64,000 nucleotides of DNA from Minutocellus sp. GHC0000111. Lineage: Eukaryota. The stretch is from NCBI GenBank assembly GCA_977018835.1, contig OZ361258.1, positions 4,464,001 to 4,528,000 of the forward strand. The letters run 5' to 3'. The position numbers and the translations under genes are program-made. This document shows, one piece after another, positions 60,170 to 64,000 of the stretch (the first letter of the stretch is position 1; the number at the start of each line of letters is the position of its first letter). The notes under the pieces were generated by a model. That model was not told the origin of the DNA. It saw only the letters and a list, made by a program, of their open reading frames with translations, and searched no databases.

Positions 60170-61462
60170 ATGATGAATAACCAAGATGATGACGACGACA
60201 GTGCCCTCGTGCAAACCCTCCCTCATCACAGAATTATCGATGGCTCCCAAGGCGAAGGCGGTGGTCAAATCCTTCGGAATGCAATCGCATTCGCGGCATT
60301 ACTGAACAAGTCGGTTGAAGTTACCAACATACGTGCCGGTCGAAGCAAGCCGGGTTTACGGCCGCAGCACATGACCGGGTTGCGTCTGTGCGCCGAGATC
60401 GCCGGGGGCAGGCTTGAGGGGGACGAGGTTGGCAGCACACGCGTACGATTCAAACCATGCACATCCGTTCACACCAATAAAAAGAACCAGCGCGTTGTGT
60501 TTGTTGGGGATACCAAGACGGCGGGATCGGTATGTTTGCTCTTGCAAGCTGCCCTTCCATGTGCTCTCTTTGCGCGAACACACGTGAGCGGCAATATCGG
60601 AACGGATACAGCAGATACATCCACTGGATTAGATCCAATCCAACTTGAACTTCGAGGAGGGACAAATGCGGCAATGGCACCGCAGATGGAGTATTTGACA
60701 GATGTGTTCTTTCCCATCGCCCAAAAAGGTTTTGGTCTGCCAATCGGGACTGCAATCGACATTCAATGCCATGGTTATTTCCCCAAGGGAGGTGGAATTG
60801 TGAAGGTCAGAGTTCCAACCATGCAAGCAAAGCTGCAACCAGTATCTCTCACAGAAAGGGGCGACTTAGCTGAAGTTCGTATTCGATCATTTTATGCTGG
60901 CAATTGTCCTCGATGGGTCGCTGAGGAAATGGCCGCAGCAGCTTTGAACGAAATCAGTAATGTGAAAATTGATGGAAAGAGGCAGAGACCCCGTGTTGAG
61001 ATTGTAAACGACCCCGATGCTCTTGATGCGGCCTCTGGTATACTGATTGTAGCAAAAACATCAACCGGTTGTATTTTTGGAGGTTCCGCACTTGGTTCGC
61101 GGAAGGAGAAGCCAAACAAGACGGGGAAGAATGCCGCGAAAGAGATAATTTCGGCGTTGGAGGCAGGGGGATGCGTTGATGGATGGCTTCAAGATCAATT
61201 GATAATTTACATGGCCCTTGCCGACGGGGTTTCAGAGGTTGTAACTGGAGGCCTCACCCTTCATACTCAAACGGCGATAGATATAGCCGAACAAATGACC
61301 AACGCAAAATTTGAGGTTAAGTGCCTGGACAATATGAAAGGCGACGGTTCCACTACCACCTCTGCCAATGAACAGGCGCAGGGGCTTATCTATGGCGCAA
61401 AAGGATTAGTAACAGGCCGCCATTTAATTCGCTGTCGAGGCATCGGCCACGCAGGTTATTAA
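60170..61462 (+). CDS. RTCA: RNA 3'-terminal phosphate cyclase
   Basis: IDGSQGEGGGQILR, IRAGRSKPGLRPQH, GGTNA, GYFPKGGG, LQDQLII and LTLHTQT (catalytic His). Confidence 0.95.
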   Translation: MMNNQDDDDDSALVQTLPHHRIIDGSQGEGGGQILRNAIAFAALLNKSVEVTNIRAGRSKPGLRPQHMTGLRLCAEIAGGRLEGDEVGSTRVRFKPCTSVHTNKKNQRVVFVGDTKTAGSVCLLLQAALPCALFARTHVSGNIGTDTADTSTGLDPIQLELRGGTNAAMAPQMEYLTDVFFPIAQKGFGLPIGTAIDIQCHGYFPKGGGIVKVRVPTMQAKLQPVSLTERGDLAEVRIRSFYAGNCPRWVAEEMAAAALNEISNVKIDGKRQRPRVEIVNDPDALDAASGILIVAKTSTGCIFGGSALGSRKEKPNKTGKNAAKEIISALEAGGCVDGWLQDQLIIYMALADGVSEVVTGGLTLHTQTAIDIAEQMTNAKFEVKCLDNMKGDGSTTTSANEQAQGLIYGAKGLVTGRHLIRCRGIGHAGY

Positions 61463-61537
61463 AGATGACAAGACGCACACATAAAATATTTTATAGTTGA
61501 CTTGTAACTCTTGGCCATTACTGTTTATTCATCCACC

Positions 61538-64000
61538 CTACTCGTCACCCTCGAGACAAAGGGTACAACAAGAACAGGCAATCTTTGCCGGTCGACCGGA
61601 ATCTGGCACCGCACAGTCCGTTGATAGTCGTTTTAAACGATAGTCAAAGAGATCACAAATGGTGTTCGGTATAGACCCAGTCAAATCGTTATATGTCGCA
61701 TGCAAAGACTCAAGACTTTTCATATTGCCAATCGAACCAGGCACTTCTCCACTAAACGAGTTCAAACCTATGAGAAACTTGCGAAGCGCGGTTAACCGAC
61801 CAAAGTCACTGCTGAGAGTACCGCTGAATCGATTCATACTGAGGTTGACTTCTTTTAGGTATGTTGCATCAAACAATCTACCTGGCAGAGTGCCGCTGAG
61901 TTCATTCGCAGAAACATCTAAGATGGCAAGATCTGGGTTAAATATCGGTGGGAGAGAACCGGCGAACTTGTTGGTACTTATCTGTAGAATCTCAAGGGGT
62001 AGCTGGTTGAGCTCTATTGGTATGGAACCCGAAAGATTGTTGTCGAACAGGTCAAGCTCCAGTAAGTTTCTCAGTGATCCCAACGAAGACGGAATGGTGG
62101 ATGCAAGGCGATTCCGAGGAAGAACAAGTCGTTCAAGGTACGATAAATTTCCCATTTCCTCTGGCATTGCTCCATCCATCCCAACCCTATCTAGCTCCAA
62201 GCCTACGACAAAGCCATCATCGTTGCAAGATACACCGTTCCATGAACATTCGTTCTCATCCGACAAAAACGACGCTCTATTGTCGGAACATTCTGGCGAC
62301 GATATACCGCATTTGTTCCAAGAATCGCCGTTTGTGCTAAAGTAGAGCAGGGCCAAAACATACCGTTGCACTGTAAAAGGGCCATATGGATCCATTCTTT
62401 TGTCATTTGCAATCCAACTGATTGCTTTGTGTTGCGGCGAAGTTGTGTCGAGGATGTCGTCTTCATTGCTCACTTGGCTTAGAACCGCAGCAAATCGTTG
62501 GTAGTCGGCGTCATCCACGGGAGACGTCCATGTTGGCCTTGGGCGCTGGCGTGAGGGAGGAGAAGTCGGAGCAAGTGACGGTCGTAGGTAGTTGCCGCCT
62601 TGATTGTCTTGCCGATAAGTCGGTGCAATCGACGGAGCCGCAGTGGGCGCAGACGAGTCATTTCTTCCACCACCAATTCCAGCAGCATTTGCAGAACTGC
62701 TGCCAGTAAAATCAACCGTGAAAGCTATAACAATCCCGGCGATAAGTGCAAGGACACCCACCAGACTGAAAATATAGAACCAGCTACGATGTCCCCGATA
62801 GAACGAAATGAATTTGTTGTTTTCCGATGGTGACGGAGGTCCATTCACATTGTCGGCATGCATTGGCAGTACTGCCGAAGAGGGCGGTCGCTGCACCGAA
62901 CGGATAGACTTGCGCGGGGGCTTTGGGGCCGTGCTGAGAGATTGCGCAAAGAGTGGGATCGCCGGAATTGAAAAATCCTCCTGTTTGAAATTCTCTCACC
63001 CCGATTGCCTTCCTCCATATGAGCAAGATCGGCGAGATGAGGATCATCAACATGGTCCTCTTGCACATCCATTTGCTCAGTGGTATCGTTTCCGTCAGAG
63101 CTTTCTTCAGAGTAAGCGCCCTGTTCAACGAATGCTGCGGTGTCATCATGGAGACCCTGTTCGCTGTCCTCATCAGCAGGGATATCTTGTGGGTGCATTC
63201 CAAGATCATCAGTCGCTTGCCAAACCTCGGTTCCAACCGTTTTGTCCTCGTGTTGCAAGGTACTCTGGCCCGCCGTACTCACTCCAATGCTTCTATTGGA
63301 GGCATTTGTGTCTTGAGCAAGCATCGAGCGCGCCAACGAGGTCTCCATGGTCACACCCGACTCTCTTGAACGGTGACTAATATCTCTTGTCATTGAGAGA
63401 TGCGCCTGAGATGGCAATGCTCTCGCGTTTTCAGTTGCTTCTCGCCTCATGGACGTTGCCGTATGAGCCAGAGAGGCCTTCATAGTGAGGCCGCTAACCT
63501 CTTTTTGCATGGAATCATACTTCGATGTGGCGTCGACGGAATCAATACCGCCTGGCCCTTGCTGTGGCGGTCTAGTTGGCAATTGTCGCTGCTGGTTGAA
63601 TTTGCCACTATCGTTCCATTGCTCAAACCTTTTGCGAGATGATGAGGTCGAAGAACCATCGTTGTCACCAATGCTTGCTTGTTCGTTCACATGGCCCTTG
63701 TTGCTATCAAGCCCATCATAATCATCATCCCGGAAGCAGGATGAGAGATTAGATGACGATCCCATAAGGCTACTAGCCGAAATCAATGTGTTTTGTCGTG
63801 CAAGGTCCTCAGCACGGGCCCTTATCGAGGATGATCCAAATTGCTCGTAGGAAGATGGCACAACACAATCGATCTTCCGTTCGTCCACATTTTGAGTTAC
63901 AAGGGAAGGTCCCGCTGGTGAAAGGTCGACATTGGCCTCAAGATCAACATCCTCTTCTTCTGAACCATACTCGAAGCTTTCCTCGACAACAGGCGGGAGC
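61538..64000 (-). CDS. Type II membrane LRR receptor-like protein, 5' end beyond the window; frameshift near 62993
   Basis: Frame open from the window edge. TM helix, SPQHKAISWI, QRYVLALLYFSTNG..W, ECSWNGVSC, LRRs and terminal CSCCTLC. Confidence 0.88.

Noticed and set aside
1..64000. Functional gene cluster or bacterial contamination
   Set aside because: Neighbouring genes have unrelated functions, and the bacterial-like genes are embedded among intron-containing eukaryotic genes (one has its own intron). No tRNA or rRNA was recognised

Overview
Gene-dense eukaryotic nuclear DNA, most likely a diatom. Evidence: short GT-AG introns, several bipartite signal peptides ending in an ASAFAP-like 'A|F' motif, and LRR and Cys/His protein types typical of diatoms. 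About 20 genes are supported: CTF8, a coiled-coil/DEK-C-like protein, a secreted cadherin/Ig-like repeat protein, a class IV aminotransferase, a Cys/His zinc-finger protein, a P3A H+-ATPase, a RluA pseudouridine synthase, an SP-RING SUMO ligase, plastid ClpB, an NAD(P)-binding protein, a RibD_C reductase, a WD40 + TRP-like channel, two type II NADH dehydrogenases, a CDPK, a FakA(DAK2)-DegV fusion, a MYND protein, two LRR membrane proteins, MSH5, a CRAL-TRIO-like protein and RtcA. Three accessory intervals interrupt the genes. 28.5-31.7 kb holds a 3x164-bp tandem array and an element with inverted ends around an orphan ORF. 39.0-41.1 kb holds a decayed RAG1/Transib/Chapaev-like transposase. 51.2-51.5 kb holds a 107-bp duplication. 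Many otherwise intact genes carry single-base frameshifts, which probably reflects consensus errors, so pseudogene calls need read-level checks. The best leads are the intron-containing bacterial-type fatty-acid-kinase fusion, the WD40-TRP fusion with an altered S6, the RAG1-like remnant, and the CRAL-TRIO + basic-domain fusion. All family assignments come from motif recognition by eye; no searches were run.
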